Below, piece after piece: positions 17,755 through 27,878 of a DNA stretch of 64,000 bases. This DNA comes from Bdellovibrionales bacterium. GTDB lineage: Bacteria > Bdellovibrionota > Bdellovibrionia > Bdellovibrionales > Bdellovibrionaceae. The stretch spans positions 7,282-71,281 of the forward strand of contig JAYUCH010000036.1 in assembly GCA_043740435.1 (NCBI GenBank). Direction: 5' to 3'. A model generated the notes under the pieces. That model saw nothing but the letters and a program-made list of their open reading frames with translations, did not search any database and was not told the origin of the DNA. Position numbers and translations under genes: made by a program. Positions within the stretch are counted from its first letter, which is position 1. Each line of letters starts with the position of its first letter.

Positions 17755-18534
17755 TTAGTTAATGTGAACTTCTTTTGCGCCTTCACCATAAATTTTTTCA
17801 AACCAAGCTTGATCAATATTTTTTGGATCACCCTCATAGACAAGCTCGCCGTTCTTCAGTGCGATGACCCGAGTCGCATAAATGCGAACCAATGATAAAA
17901 AGTGTAGATTACAAATAATTGTAATACCTAACTCCTGATTCACTTTGCGCAAATAATCCATGACTACATGACAAGTCGCCGGATCCAACGAAGCCACGGG
18001 TTCATCGGCCAACAAAACTTCTGGGTTTTGCGTTAGCGCGCGGGCGATGGCGACCCGCTGCTGCTGGCCCCCAGATAATTGATCCGCACGGATGTGGGCC
18101 TTATCAGAAATGCCGACTAATTTTAAATATTTCATGGCTTCCGCTTTATCGGCTGCAGAAAACAAACCGAAAATACTTTTCCAAGTCGATGTATTGGCTA
18201 ATTTGCCAACCAGGACGTTGCCCAAAACTGTGTGCCGCGGAATCAGATTAAAATGTTGAAATATCATTCCGATTTTTTTACGTAACGTTTTTATTTCGGT
18301 GGCTGTTTGCATTTTTGCAGAATCTTGTCCCGCAAAAATGATTTCGCCACTGCTTGGATCATGTAAACGGTTAATACAACGAAGCAGTGTCGATTTGCCA
18401 GAGCCACTTAAACCGATCACAACCAGGAATTCACCTTTTTTGACATCAAAACTGACGCCTTTAAGTGCTTGCACACCGTTGGGGTAAGTTTTTTTTAAAT
18501 CTTTTATTTTTAAAACAGGTTCGCTCATGATCAC
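17755..18534 (-). CDS. phnC: Phosphonate-type ABC transporter ATPase
   Basis: GLSGSGKSTLLRCINRL, FQHFNL, LSGGQQQRVAIARAL, LADEPVASLDP, NLH. Confidence 0.92.
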   Translation of the reverse strand: MIMSEPVLKIKDLKKTYPNGVQALKGVSFDVKKGEFLVVIGLSGSGKSTLLRCINRLHDPSSGEIIFAGQDSAKMQTATEIKTLRKKIGMIFQHFNLIPRHTVLGNVLVGKLANTSTWKSIFGLFSAADKAEAMKYLKLVGISDKAHIRADQLSGGQQQRVAIARALTQNPEVLLADEPVASLDPATCHVVMDYLRKVNQELGITIICNLHFLSLVRIYATRVIALKNGELVYEGDPKNIDQAWFEKIYGEGAKEVHIN

Positions 18535-18565
18535 CTTTCAAAGTGTGTTAACACCCGAAAAAAAA

Positions 18566-19504
18566 TTATTTTTTCATGAAATCCGATGCGTTTTTACCTA
18601 AGGTCTTCAACATTGTTCGAACAGCTTCATAATCAGCATCCGAGGCTATCTTTAAATCGGTCACACCGTAAATGGCATTAAAAGCTTCTTTGCCTTCGGG
18701 TGTGGCAACAAAACTTATCATCGACGCAATAATTTTTGCTTTCATTTCTTCGGGCATTTCTTTGCGAAAAATAATCGGATCATTCGGAATTGGTTCAGAC
18801 AAAGAAACAATAATTACTTTTTTTTCAACATCTGGGTACTGAGTTTTCACTAAACGCCTAGCATCCTCGATTTGTTCAACACCCTTGGCATCTTTTGAAG
18901 GCGGGGAATAAAAAGTTGCGCCAGCATCGACTTGGCCCTGGTAAACCATGGACACAACGTTGTCATGCTTCTGCGCGAACATTGTTTCTTTGGGCTCAAT
19001 TTTTTTTTCTTTTAAAGTTTTAAGTGGCAGCAAATAACCTGAAGTTGAAGCGGCATCGACAAATGCGATTTTCTTCCCGGCTAAATCTTCGATTTTATTT
19101 ATTCCATTCCCCGCTTTTGCAATAAACTGCGACTGGTAGGTGGAAAAACCATGACGGATGACTGTCAACCGAGCCTCAGCTTGATACTTATCATGGGCTA
19201 ACACGTAGCCAAAGGTGTTAATTGCAGCCACATCGGCGCGTTTAGTGCCGAAGGCCTCGACGACTGCGACAAAGGATTGTGGAATAGTGATTTCGTACTT
19301 GTAGGGTGTTACTTTTTCTAAATATTCTTTGAATTTTTTCGAATTGTCTTCAATAACTTTCGCATCAACCGAAGGTACGAAATGAAGTTTGATTGGGTTC
19401 TCTGCCGTTCCCAGCTCCGCAGTCTTTTTCGTGCAACCAACCAAAGCCATCGCAAACATAGACAAGATCAAAAGCGCGATTTTTTTTAACGCGAATTTTT
19501 TCAT
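18566..19504 (-). CDS. phnD: Phosphate/phosphite/phosphonate ABC substrate-binding lipoprotein
   Basis: Lipobox LVGC; STSGYLLP, HDNVV, DAGA, IPND. Start moved to ATG 19504 (AAGGGG SD). Confidence 0.88.
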   Translation of the reverse strand: MKKFALKKIALLILSMFAMALVGCTKKTAELGTAENPIKLHFVPSVDAKVIEDNSKKFKEYLEKVTPYKYEITIPQSFVAVVEAFGTKRADVAAINTFGYVLAHDKYQAEARLTVIRHGFSTYQSQFIAKAGNGINKIEDLAGKKIAFVDAASTSGYLLPLKTLKEKKIEPKETMFAQKHDNVVSMVYQGQVDAGATFYSPPSKDAKGVEQIEDARRLVKTQYPDVEKKVIIVSLSEPIPNDPIIFRKEMPEEMKAKIIASMISFVATPEGKEAFNAIYGVTDLKIASDADYEAVRTMLKTLGKNASDFMKK

Positions 19505-19581
19505 AAATACCCCTTTAAGATAGTCTTTTTTATTCGATTGGAAAATCTGGCACGAAGTTAACAAAAGACAGCACTGTTTCC

Positions 19582-19598
19582 AAGAAAAGACTTTTCTT
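19582..19598. promoter_or_regulatory. Palindrome in the phnD/HAD divergent region
   Basis: AAGAAAAG-a-CTTTTCTT, perfect 8-bp arms but low complexity. Confidence 0.25.
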
Positions 19599-19640
19599 TT
19601 TTTAACAACAGAAGGATACTTACCTGAAAGAGTCTAAATA

Positions 19641-20351
19641 ATGGTTGATAATTCATCAAATCTTAATGAAATCCTTAAAATTACTAGCAATTTGACTGCG
19701 CAGAACCTGCGCACAATGGCTGTTTTTGACTTGGATTCAACGCTGTTCAACGTGAGTCCACGCACACAAAAAATTCTTTCGGAATTCGCCAATCTACATC
19801 AAATCAGTGGTCTAAAATCAGTCGAAGTTTTGCACTCAGACTGGGGCATCAAAGAGGCTCTTTTGCGCCAGGGCTTTCAGGCTGAAGAACATGCGGATCT
19901 GCATTTGTCGTTGAAAGATTTTTGGTTCGAACGTTTTTTTTCAAATGAATACTTACATTATGATGTGCCTTACGCAGGGGCTATCGAATTTGTTCTTGAA
20001 CTGCAACAAGCCGGAGCTGAAATATTTTATTTAACTGGCCGTGATATCAGCCGTATGGGTAAAGGCTCAAAAGAAGTTTTGCTGAAGTGGGGCTTTCCCT
20101 GTTCGGATACACAGCTGATTTTGAAACCCCACCGCTCCATGGATGACGAGCTTTTTAAACGCGACTGGTTTATAAATCGGGACCGATCTGAATTTGATAA
20201 AGTCTATTTTTTCGAAAATGAACCTGTTAATATCAACGCTGTTTTGAAACACTGCCCCGATGTTGAAATTATTTTTTTAGATACGACTCACGCACGAAAG
20301 CAAACGGTCACAGCACCCATTCACCGCATTCCTCACTTTAAAAGGTTTTGA
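19641..20351 (+). CDS. HAD-superfamily hydrolase
   Basis: Motif I VFDLDSTLF, motif II FYLTGR, Lys in LKP/FK, motif IV FFENE. Confidence 0.85.
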   Translation: MVDNSSNLNEILKITSNLTAQNLRTMAVFDLDSTLFNVSPRTQKILSEFANLHQISGLKSVEVLHSDWGIKEALLRQGFQAEEHADLHLSLKDFWFERFFSNEYLHYDVPYAGAIEFVLELQQAGAEIFYLTGRDISRMGKGSKEVLLKWGFPCSDTQLILKPHRSMDDELFKRDWFINRDRSEFDKVYFFENEPVNINAVLKHCPDVEIIFLDTTHARKQTVTAPIHRIPHFKRF

Positions 20352-20352
20352 T

Positions 20353-21009
20353 ATGTTAACTTTAATCGCAACACCCATTGGCCGCTTGGATGAAATCACA
20401 ATACGCTCGCTTGAACTGTTAAAAAATTGTGATGTTGTTATTTGTGAATCTACGAAAGAAACATCTAAGTTACTCAAGCACTTAGATATTAAAGCGAAAA
20501 AATATGAGGTGCTTGATGAACACTCGACAGCCGAAGATTTGAACGCTTTGGTTGAACTTTGTCTGAGTCTTGATGTTTGTTTAGTCTCTGACTGCGGAAC
20601 TCCGGCTTTTTGTGATCCGGGAAATAATTTAATTAAGCTTTGTCGAAAAAAAAATATTTTGGTTAAAAGCTCGCTCGGAGCTTCTGCTTTGATGGGCCTT
20701 TTGTCTTTAAGTTCTGAACGACTTAAAAAATTTCATTTCATTGGTTTTATACCTGCTGAATCTGTCGCCCGCGAAAAAGAGTGGCAATTACTTAAAAAAA
20801 TAAAAGAGCCTTTCATTCTGATGGATACACCTTATCGTCTGAAAAAAATGCTGGACGAATGTAAAAATTTTTTAGCCGATAGACAAATGCTTTTGGTGCT
20901 TAATCTTTCCCAGGATGACGAACTGGTTCTTGAAGGCTCTCCAAAAAGTATTGCCGCCCAAGTTCCCATGGAAAAAGCGGAATTTATGATTTTGATCTAC
21001 TCGGCCTAA
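20353..21009 (+). CDS. rsmI: 16S rRNA (C1402) 2'-O-methyltransferase RsmI-like
   Basis: LIATPIGRLDEIT.R, LVSDCGTPAFCDPG, GASA, FIGFIP. Confidence 0.8.
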   Translation: MLTLIATPIGRLDEITIRSLELLKNCDVVICESTKETSKLLKHLDIKAKKYEVLDEHSTAEDLNALVELCLSLDVCLVSDCGTPAFCDPGNNLIKLCRKKNILVKSSLGASALMGLLSLSSERLKKFHFIGFIPAESVAREKEWQLLKKIKEPFILMDTPYRLKKMLDECKNFLADRQMLLVLNLSQDDELVLEGSPKSIAAQVPMEKAEFMILIYSA

Positions 21010-21012
21010 CCG

Positions 21013-23436
21013 ATGATTACTTTACCGATTGACGCTTACCTTTCAGATATTATTCAGCAGTTTAAAAAAAGCAAAAATTTAATCTTGAAAGCGTCTCCGG
21101 GCTCGGGGAAGACGACCCGCCTTCCGGCAGCTTTACTGAAAAGCGGCTTAAAAAAAATAATCGTCCTGGTTCCTAAGCGCATCGCGGCGGTAAGCGCTGC
21201 GGATCGTATTGCCGAAGAAAACGATTGGATTTTGGGCGACCAAGTCGGTTATCAGGTGCGCTTTGAATCTTTATGTAAACCCTCGACAGAGCTCATTTTC
21301 ATGACCGAGGGTCTGTTTATAAAAAAAGCCCAAAGCGAAAAGTTTTGGAATAGTTTAGATATTATTATTTTTGATGAATTTCATGAACGCTCTTCTTTGG
21401 CCGATATGGCTTTGGGACTAGCACTGGAAAAACAAATTCTTTTTGAACGACTGAAACTAATTGTTATGTCCGCGACTTTGGATTCTAAAACTCTTGAACA
21501 GTATTTACCAGATTGCGTGACCATTCAGATTAAAGCCCCCCCATTTCCGCTGGAGCTTTTTTACACAGCAAAACCGCAGCGACTTATTTGTGACACTGAA
21601 TTTTTTACTTCACTTGTTGGCACAGTCGATCAAGCCTGGTCATCCGGGCTTAACGATATCTTGGTTTTTTTACCCGGCGTTAGTGAAATGCGAAAAGCAG
21701 AAACTGCGATCAACAAGAAATATCCAGTTATTCCGATTCAAATATTGCATGGGTCTTTGAAATTATCTGAGCAACGTGAAATTTTAAAAACTCAAAATTT
21801 TCGTCGTATCATTCTGACAACTGACATTGCCGAGTCCTCTTTGACAATACCTGGAGTGGATGCAGTCATCGATTGTGGACTTAAAAAAAATTCCGTAAAA
21901 GAACCTAAACTGGGTTTCTCGCAATTGTTATTGAACCGAATTTCTATGTTTTCTGCAGAACAGCGTGCCGGCCGCGCTGCGCGAGTTCGTGCCGGGCGCT
22001 GTTACAGGCTGTGGCATGAAAGCGATGAACGTTCGATGCCAATGCAAATCAAACCTGAAATTTTAAAATCGGATTTGTTGGAAGAAATTTTGGCTTTAAA
22101 ATCCTGCAAAGTTGATTCAATTTCTGATTTTATGTGGCTTGATCCGCCACCAAAAAGGACAATTTCTGAGGCTCTTAAAAAACTGCAAACCTGGAAGCTG
22201 CTTGGTCAGGATGAAAAAATCACGCCATTGGGTCAAAATATCCAGCAACTGCCCCTGGGTATTGAACGGGCTTTGCTTTTTTATTTTTTAGCAAGTTATG
22301 GCTTTCAAAAACAGGCAGCAACTCTTCTTGCAGCTCTTGAAACGGTTGATTTTTCAAAAGCCTTCGCTGATAAAAATATAACCGCAGAGGACGATCTTGA
22401 ACGAATCTTAAGCCCTAATCTATTACCCCCACAGGGCTTAAAAATTAAATCACAATTAGAGAATTTGAATTTGCCCGTTCTTAAACCCGGTACTAATTTT
22501 ATAAAGACTTTGATTCATATATTCTTTACTAACTTTCCCGAAAAAATATCACAAAAAAAATCAGAGCAAGAAGCCCTTTCCAGTGGGGGACGTGGCGTGT
22601 CTTTTAAACTTTTTTTGCAGGCAAGACAGTATGATTATCAAATTCTTTTAAATGGTTATAACGCCTCAGAGCGAACAGATATTTACTTTGCTGTTGGCTT
22701 TTCAAAAGCAGAATTTTTAGAGCATTCGACCGCAAGCCTAGAATTTAAGACAGCTTACAGTATCGATTTTGAACGACGACAGATTTTTAAAGTTCTGACA
22801 AAAAAAATAGGGAGTTTTATTATTTCAGAAAGCAGTCGCCAAGGGCTTACCAGCACTGAAGAGGCCCTGGCTTGGCCCCTCATTGCTGTTCAAGACCAAG
22901 AAATTTTGCTTGAAGCTCATGATGATTTTAAAATCTTTCAGCAAAAAATTAATTTTTTAAAAGGGAAAATTAATATTGAATTCACAATGGATGATGACTT
23001 AAAAAGTAAAATTTTTGCAGATTTAAGCACGGGTGTTCGCTCGCTTGAACAGTTCTTAACTTATCCGCTAAAAGACTTACTACAGCTATATCTGCCAGAG
23101 GCAATCCGAAAAATATTTTCACAGCTGCCAGATTTTTTAACTTTACCAAGTGGACGAACCGTACATATCGACTATGTCAGTGAAAAAGCACCGATGATAT
23201 CAGCAAAAATTCAGGATTTTTATGGTCTAAAAGAAACTCCCACTTTGCTTGACAGCAAGCTGCCTTTGACTTTGCAACTGCTGGCACCTAGTCTTCGACC
23301 AACACAGATTACGCAAAATCTAAAATTATTTTGGGAAAAAAGTTATTTTGAAATTCGTAAAGAGCTTAGAGCCCGTTACCCCAAACAGCAATGGCCAGAC
23401 AACCCGGCCGATTATATCCTGGAAAAGAAGAAATAA
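21013..23436 (+). CDS. hrpB: ATP-dependent RNA helicase HrpB
   Basis: SPGSGKTT, DEFHER, MSAT, LVFLPG, TDIAESSLTI, QRAGRAAR; HrpB C-terminus LQLLAPSLRPTQIT...FW..SY...RKELRARYPKQQWP. Confidence 0.93.
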   Translation: MITLPIDAYLSDIIQQFKKSKNLILKASPGSGKTTRLPAALLKSGLKKIIVLVPKRIAAVSAADRIAEENDWILGDQVGYQVRFESLCKPSTELIFMTEGLFIKKAQSEKFWNSLDIIIFDEFHERSSLADMALGLALEKQILFERLKLIVMSATLDSKTLEQYLPDCVTIQIKAPPFPLELFYTAKPQRLICDTEFFTSLVGTVDQAWSSGLNDILVFLPGVSEMRKAETAINKKYPVIPIQILHGSLKLSEQREILKTQNFRRIILTTDIAESSLTIPGVDAVIDCGLKKNSVKEPKLGFSQLLLNRISMFSAEQRAGRAARVRAGRCYRLWHESDERSMPMQIKPEILKSDLLEEILALKSCKVDSISDFMWLDPPPKRTISEALKKLQTWKLLGQDEKITPLGQNIQQLPLGIERALLFYFLASYGFQKQAATLLAALETVDFSKAFADKNITAEDDLERILSPNLLPPQGLKIKSQLENLNLPVLKPGTNFIKTLIHIFFTNFPEKISQKKSEQEALSSGGRGVSFKLFLQARQYDYQILLNGYNASERTDIYFAVGFSKAEFLEHSTASLEFKTAYSIDFERRQIFKVLTKKIGSFIISESSRQGLTSTEEALAWPLIAVQDQEILLEAHDDFKIFQQKINFLKGKINIEFTMDDDLKSKIFADLSTGVRSLEQFLTYPLKDLLQLYLPEAIRKIFSQLPDFLTLPSGRTVHIDYVSEKAPMISAKIQDFYGLKETPTLLDSKLPLTLQLLAPSLRPTQITQNLKLFWEKSYFEIRKELRARYPKQQWPDNPADYILEKKK

Positions 23437-23497
23437 AAGCGCAAACCAATTCACTCAAAGTGTGACATCTGCTTAAAAATTTGATTGAGTCGGGTTT

Positions 23498-24181
23498 ATG
23501 ACGTTTTTTAAAAATAAAAAATTAACTTCTTTTATTATCTTAGCAGGTTTTATTCTTATTTTTTTCTGGGAAAAGCAAAAACTTTCGACCTCGTTAAACT
23601 TGGTGGAAAATGATGTCGCTACTTCCAAAAAGCAGGGTTCTGCAGCGCCATCGGAAAAATCCGGCTTGAGCGGATCCAATCCAGTGGCCACGCAGCCCGA
23701 AGCACCGGCAGCTGCGCAAACAGCATCGGAGTTTGCAGCTTGGCTAAAAAACGAAGCTTCGATGCTTGATAAAAGTGATGCAAATAATTCCGAAAAAGAA
23801 ATCATTTTAAAAGAAAAAGCTTCCAAATTTTCGGCTGAAAATATTCAGTTTTTAAAAAATACGGCTACAGATGTTAAAGTTTCAGCTAACGAACGTATCA
23901 TGGCAGCCTATTTTCTAACGCTCAGCACGGAAAATTATGTAGGTGCGCTCGGTGAATTAGCTGCTGCGCCCTACAGCCTGCCAAATCCGCAGCCAGTGCA
24001 CTCGTTAGGAGAAACAACTTTAATGCAGGAAAAAGCCATTCGAGTTATGGCGATTGATGAAATATTCGCCAGATTTCAGAATAATTCGGTATCTGCAGAC
24101 CAAGTAAATCAATTCATCGGTCAGATTTTGGATGCAGATTTAAAACAGTACGCTGAAAAACGATGGCGCGAGCTCAAATAA
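23498..24181 (+). CDS. Membrane-anchored hypothetical protein (N-terminal TM, flexible linker, helical domain)
   Basis: Hydrophobic SFIILAGFILIFFW, Ser/Ala/Pro linker, helical C-terminal part. Confidence 0.7.
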   Translation: MTFFKNKKLTSFIILAGFILIFFWEKQKLSTSLNLVENDVATSKKQGSAAPSEKSGLSGSNPVATQPEAPAAAQTASEFAAWLKNEASMLDKSDANNSEKEIILKEKASKFSAENIQFLKNTATDVKVSANERIMAAYFLTLSTENYVGALGELAAAPYSLPNPQPVHSLGETTLMQEKAIRVMAIDEIFARFQNNSVSADQVNQFIGQILDADLKQYAEKRWRELK

Positions 24182-24190
24182 AATTTTATC

Positions 24191-24215
24191 TCTGACATCA
24201 GAAAAATTTATGTCA
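24191..24215. promoter_or_regulatory. Overlapping inverted repeats (terminator/operator candidate)
   Basis: TCTGA-ca-TCAGA (24191-24202) and TGACAT-N11-ATGTCA (24193-24215). Confidence 0.2.
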
Positions 24216-24297
24216 AAAAGATACTCAATTTTTTTCTAGACACCTGTCTGCATTATTCATAGGCTGCACTCGAGTTCATAATACCGAGGGGGAAAAA

Positions 24298-25725
24298 ATG
24301 AAAGCATCTGTTCTAAAAGCATCCATGTTACAGTTTGGTCTAATCATAAGTATAGTTGTTAATTTTTCAGCGTTGTTAGCAAATGCTGACGTGCAGTCGC
24401 CGGCAGCACCTGTGTGTATCTCGAAAGAAGATATGACTGCGATTGCAACCGATTTTAAACAGTTTAGCCAGTTAGCGGGTAAAGAATTTTGCCACGACGG
24501 TTCAGAGACCGCAAATCTTTTGGCCTCTTTAATGTTCATGCGAAAAAATCAATTTTCTGCAGACATGAAGCCAAGCCAAGACGAATTATTCACCGGTAAG
24601 TTTGCAAAAAGTTGGTATTCGTATTTCACCGGTCGCATTGACAAGATGGAAGTCGACACCGGATGTCCTAAAGGTGTTGCAGCTTACGTTTTCGCCTTTG
24701 GCGGTCACACCATGTACGTGTGCACAGCTGCACTGAACGATAATTTTTCAGCCTTAGACCGTGCTAGTATTTTTATGCACGAAGCCCGTCATATCGACGG
24801 CTACCCGCACATCACTTGCAGTCGCGGAGCTCGTAAGGGTTTACAAGGCGCATGTGACGACCGCATTTCAGCTGGTGGATCTTATGCAGTAACTGTTGAA
24901 ACCTACGCCCAACTTGCAAAATATGGTATCGAGCTGCACCCAGCACTTCGTGCTTACGCGCGTTCTGCGGCTGTAATCTACGCCGATGAAGCTTTTGAAA
25001 CTCCAGCAAAGATAACGCGCGAACAGCAACTTTTAATCATGACGAAAAATAAAGATTTACAAAGCGTTGTTCTGTCAGGACGTTCGCGCGCAACTCGGAG
25101 CAAAATTGAATCTTTAGGACAAACTCCGGCTTTAGGTCACATTATCATGCGTGCACAGCATATGGTTCTACTTCCTGAAGACAAAACTTTACCTGCCCGG
25201 TATTTATTTACAAAAAACGTGGGCGAAATCAATCAGTCTCCGGGTGATGCATTCACAGAGTACAATTCGCAAACTCCGGCACAACGAAGTGAACTTGTCG
25301 ATTTTCACAGTGCCGCCCAGTGGAATGCTAAAGTTTACAAAACAAAAATCAAATTTGCTTGTGATCCTAAATCACCAACCACCAGTGAAATTAATTTTAA
25401 TGGCCCACAAGCTGTTTCGATTTTACACTTAAATGGTTACGACCGTGTCAGTCGCAAACAATTTGTAGTTACGAACACAGGTGAAATGTACGAATTTGGT
25501 TGCACCGAGGGTTTGACATCATTTTTAAATCCGTCGACGCAAAAGCCTGACCAAAATTACGTGCGCATGCACAAATCGGGTGGTTCATTAGTTGGTTTAA
25601 CAGCTGATGGTCGTTTACGTAAAATTAGCGGAACAAGTTCAACAGCTTTGACGACAACTCTTGACGGAGAAATATTTGAAATTGCTCCACGAGAAGTTTT
25701 TAGTTTTTTTGATTCCAATAATTAA
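24298..25725 (+). CDS. Secreted zinc metalloprotease-like protein (metzincin-type motif) with C-terminal beta-rich domain
   Basis: Signal peptide; [11 protein letters not shown] = HExxHxxGxxH; several Cys. Confidence 0.7.
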   Translation: MKASVLKASMLQFGLIISIVVNFSALLANADVQSPAAPVCISKEDMTAIATDFKQFSQLAGKEFCHDGSETANLLASLMFMRKNQFSADMKPSQDELFTGKFAKSWYSYFTGRIDKMEVDTGCPKGVAAYVFAFGGHTMYVCTAALNDNFSALDRASIFMHEARHIDGYPHITCSRGARKGLQGACDDRISAGGSYAVTVETYAQLAKYGIELHPALRAYARSAAVIYADEAFETPAKITREQQLLIMTKNKDLQSVVLSGRSRATRSKIESLGQTPALGHIIMRAQHMVLLPEDKTLPARYLFTKNVGEINQSPGDAFTEYNSQTPAQRSELVDFHSAAQWNAKVYKTKIKFACDPKSPTTSEINFNGPQAVSILHLNGYDRVSRKQFVVTNTGEMYEFGCTEGLTSFLNPSTQKPDQNYVRMHKSGGSLVGLTADGRLRKISGTSSTALTTTLDGEIFEIAPREVFSFFDSNN

Positions 25726-26222
25726 TTCAATTTGATGATCGAATGCGGAGCCACAACGGTGGCTCCGGCCGGAACTTCTTTGACCACCACCGCATTTGCT
25801 CCAATTTTAGCTCCATCGCCAATTTTTATGGGCCCAAGGACTTTCGCTCCGGTGCCGATTAAAACACGATTACCCACAGTTGGGTGCCTTTTGATGGGAT
25901 CAAATTTTAGACCGCCCAAAGTAACGCCGTGAAAAATAATACAGTCGTCACCAATCTCTGCAGTTTCACCGATGACACAGCCTACACCATGATCGATGAC
26001 CAAACGCTTTCCGATCTTTGCTCCGGGGTGAATTTCGATTCCGGTCATACTTCTGGATATATCGGCTAAAAGACGCGCCAAAAAATAAAATTGAATCGTA
26101 TATAAAAAGTGAGCGCAGCGATGAAAAAAAAGCGCTCGGGGCCCCGGATAAAGTAAAAAAATCTCTAAATAAGATTTTGCAGCCGGATCATAATTTCTAT
26201 AAGCCTTTAAAAATTCGAACAT
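25722..26222 (-). CDS. cysE: Serine O-acetyltransferase
   Basis: [45 protein letters not shown]. Confidence 0.93.
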   Translation of the reverse strand: MFEFLKAYRNYDPAAKSYLEIFLLYPGPRALFFHRCAHFLYTIQFYFLARLLADISRSMTGIEIHPGAKIGKRLVIDHGVGCVIGETAEIGDDCIIFHGVTLGGLKFDPIKRHPTVGNRVLIGTGAKVLGPIKIGDGAKIGANAVVVKEVPAGATVVAPHSIIKLN

Positions 26223-26238
26223 AATAACTTCCTTATAA

Positions 26239-27228
26239 TTAAAGCCAACGATCCTTTAGATTTTCTAGCAAAAAGTAGCGTTCAAAGTTTTCATTGTACC
26301 TTGACCAAGATTCACCAGTTTGTCTTTCATTTTCGATAAATGTTTGAACAGTGTTTATTTTTGAATCGAGATCATCAATCATGGCAACTACCAAGGCCTC
26401 TGCAAATTTTGGCCTTTTCGGTGATCCGTAATCTAAACGACCATGGTGAGACAAAATAATATGTTTTAAAATATCTTTCAAATCTTCCGGAAAACCTAAA
26501 ATTCGCGACGATTTTTTATCAACCAGCTCACAGGCCAATTGCATATGTCCCAGTAAACGACCCTTGTGGGTGTACTGTATCGAACTTTTATCGATTTCTA
26601 ATTCCCATATTTTTCCTAAATCATGAAAAATAGCACCAAAAATTAACAAATCATAATTTAAAAAAGTATAATGACTCGAAATCATTTTCATCAATTTACA
26701 AATAGAAACAATGTGTTCAACTAAGCCGCCGGACCAGGCATGGTGAATTGTTTTTGCGGCTGCAGACTTCAACAGCAGCGTTTTTATTTCTTCATCATTC
26801 AAAGAATCTAAAAGAATTTGTTTTATTGGCGGACTTTGTATTTGGTTAACCAATCCGATAATTTCTGAGTAACAAGCAAAGGCATCGACTTTATTTCCTT
26901 CGATGACAAAATCATCCGTATTGAATGCGTCAACAGACGGCTTTTCAAGCTTATGAATTATGATTTGCTTTCGTCCAGCATAGACCTGAACTTGACCTTT
27001 GATGACAACGATTTCTCCTGCTTCGAAAAGCTCGGAAAGTTCATCGACTCGGTCCCAAATTCTGGCGTCAATATGGCCTGTTTTGTCGCCGATCAATAGG
27101 CTGATAAATGCACGCCCATTTTTTCCCATACCTTTTATCTTATCTTTGACTAAAAAAGGGCGCTCTAAAATACTGTCTTTATCTGCTAGCTGGCGAATAG
27201 GTACAAATGAATTTGAAGTGGTATTCAT
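26239..27228 (-). CDS. OB-fold plus HD-domain 3'-5' exoribonuclease (YhaM/Cbf1 family)
   Basis: N-terminal OB ([12 protein letters not shown]); [35 protein letters not shown]. Confidence 0.88.
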   Translation of the reverse strand: MNTTSNSFVPIRQLADKDSILERPFLVKDKIKGMGKNGRAFISLLIGDKTGHIDARIWDRVDELSELFEAGEIVVIKGQVQVYAGRKQIIIHKLEKPSVDAFNTDDFVIEGNKVDAFACYSEIIGLVNQIQSPPIKQILLDSLNDEEIKTLLLKSAAAKTIHHAWSGGLVEHIVSICKLMKMISSHYTFLNYDLLIFGAIFHDLGKIWELEIDKSSIQYTHKGRLLGHMQLACELVDKKSSRILGFPEDLKDILKHIILSHHGRLDYGSPKRPKFAEALVVAMIDDLDSKINTVQTFIENERQTGESWSRYNENFERYFLLENLKDRWL

Positions 27229-27878
27229 CTTAAAACGACCTTAGGTTGGGGACATAAAAAAGCTGTGTTTTTTGAATCCGTAATTGTCACTTGAGTTAAA
27301 AAGACTTGGTTCAGTTTTCTGAAAACAAAAATATAGTGCCCCACGGAAACAAAAATATGCCGATTATCAGAAGTATTTAAATTTAAAAATTCTTTTTTCT
27401 GTAACGAAGAAAATTGTGAATTTAAATCAAGCCATTTGCCACAACCAATTCCGATCTCTTGCTGTTCGATTTTTATTTTTGGTGCTAAACTAATAAAATA
27501 CAGATGTGCAAGCTCGGGAATTCCTTGAAATTGGTTTTCTGGAAAACTGATATAAAAAGTTCCCTGACCCACGATAACTTTTTGTAAGTCGATTTGCCCG
27601 CCCCCTTTGGGTAAAGTATAAAGTAGGCTTTCGGACACCAAAGTATGCGGGGTTTTTTCAGAGAACAAAACCTTCAGAGGAATGTAACTAAAATTCAGGG
27701 TCAGTATTTTTGACTCCAGCAATAACTCTTGCTCTAGTTTTTTTAACAATTCTTTAGGTATAAAAAAATCTTCTGGTATATCATTGACCACAATGTTTAC
27801 AGGCTGCAGTTCAGGCTTAGATTCAAAACATCCAGTTAAAAAAAATAAACAAAGAAGAAAGATCACAAAATTATTCAA
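27225..27878 (-). CDS. Hypothetical lipoprotein
   Basis: Lipobox LTGC; start moved to TTG 27878, overlapping the upstream stop. Confidence 0.65.
   Translation of the reverse strand: MNNFVIFLLCLFFLTGCFESKPELQPVNIVVNDIPEDFFIPKELLKKLEQELLLESKILTLNFSYIPLKVLFSEKTPHTLVSESLLYTLPKGGGQIDLQKVIVGQGTFYISFPENQFQGIPELAHLYFISLAPKIKIEQQEIGIGCGKWLDLNSQFSSLQKKEFLNLNTSDNRHIFVSVGHYIFVFRKLNQVFLTQVTITDSKNTAFLCPQPKVVLR

Noticed and set aside
19548-19562. sigma54 promoter (TGGCACG)
   Set aside because: The -12 element reads TAAC, not TTGC.
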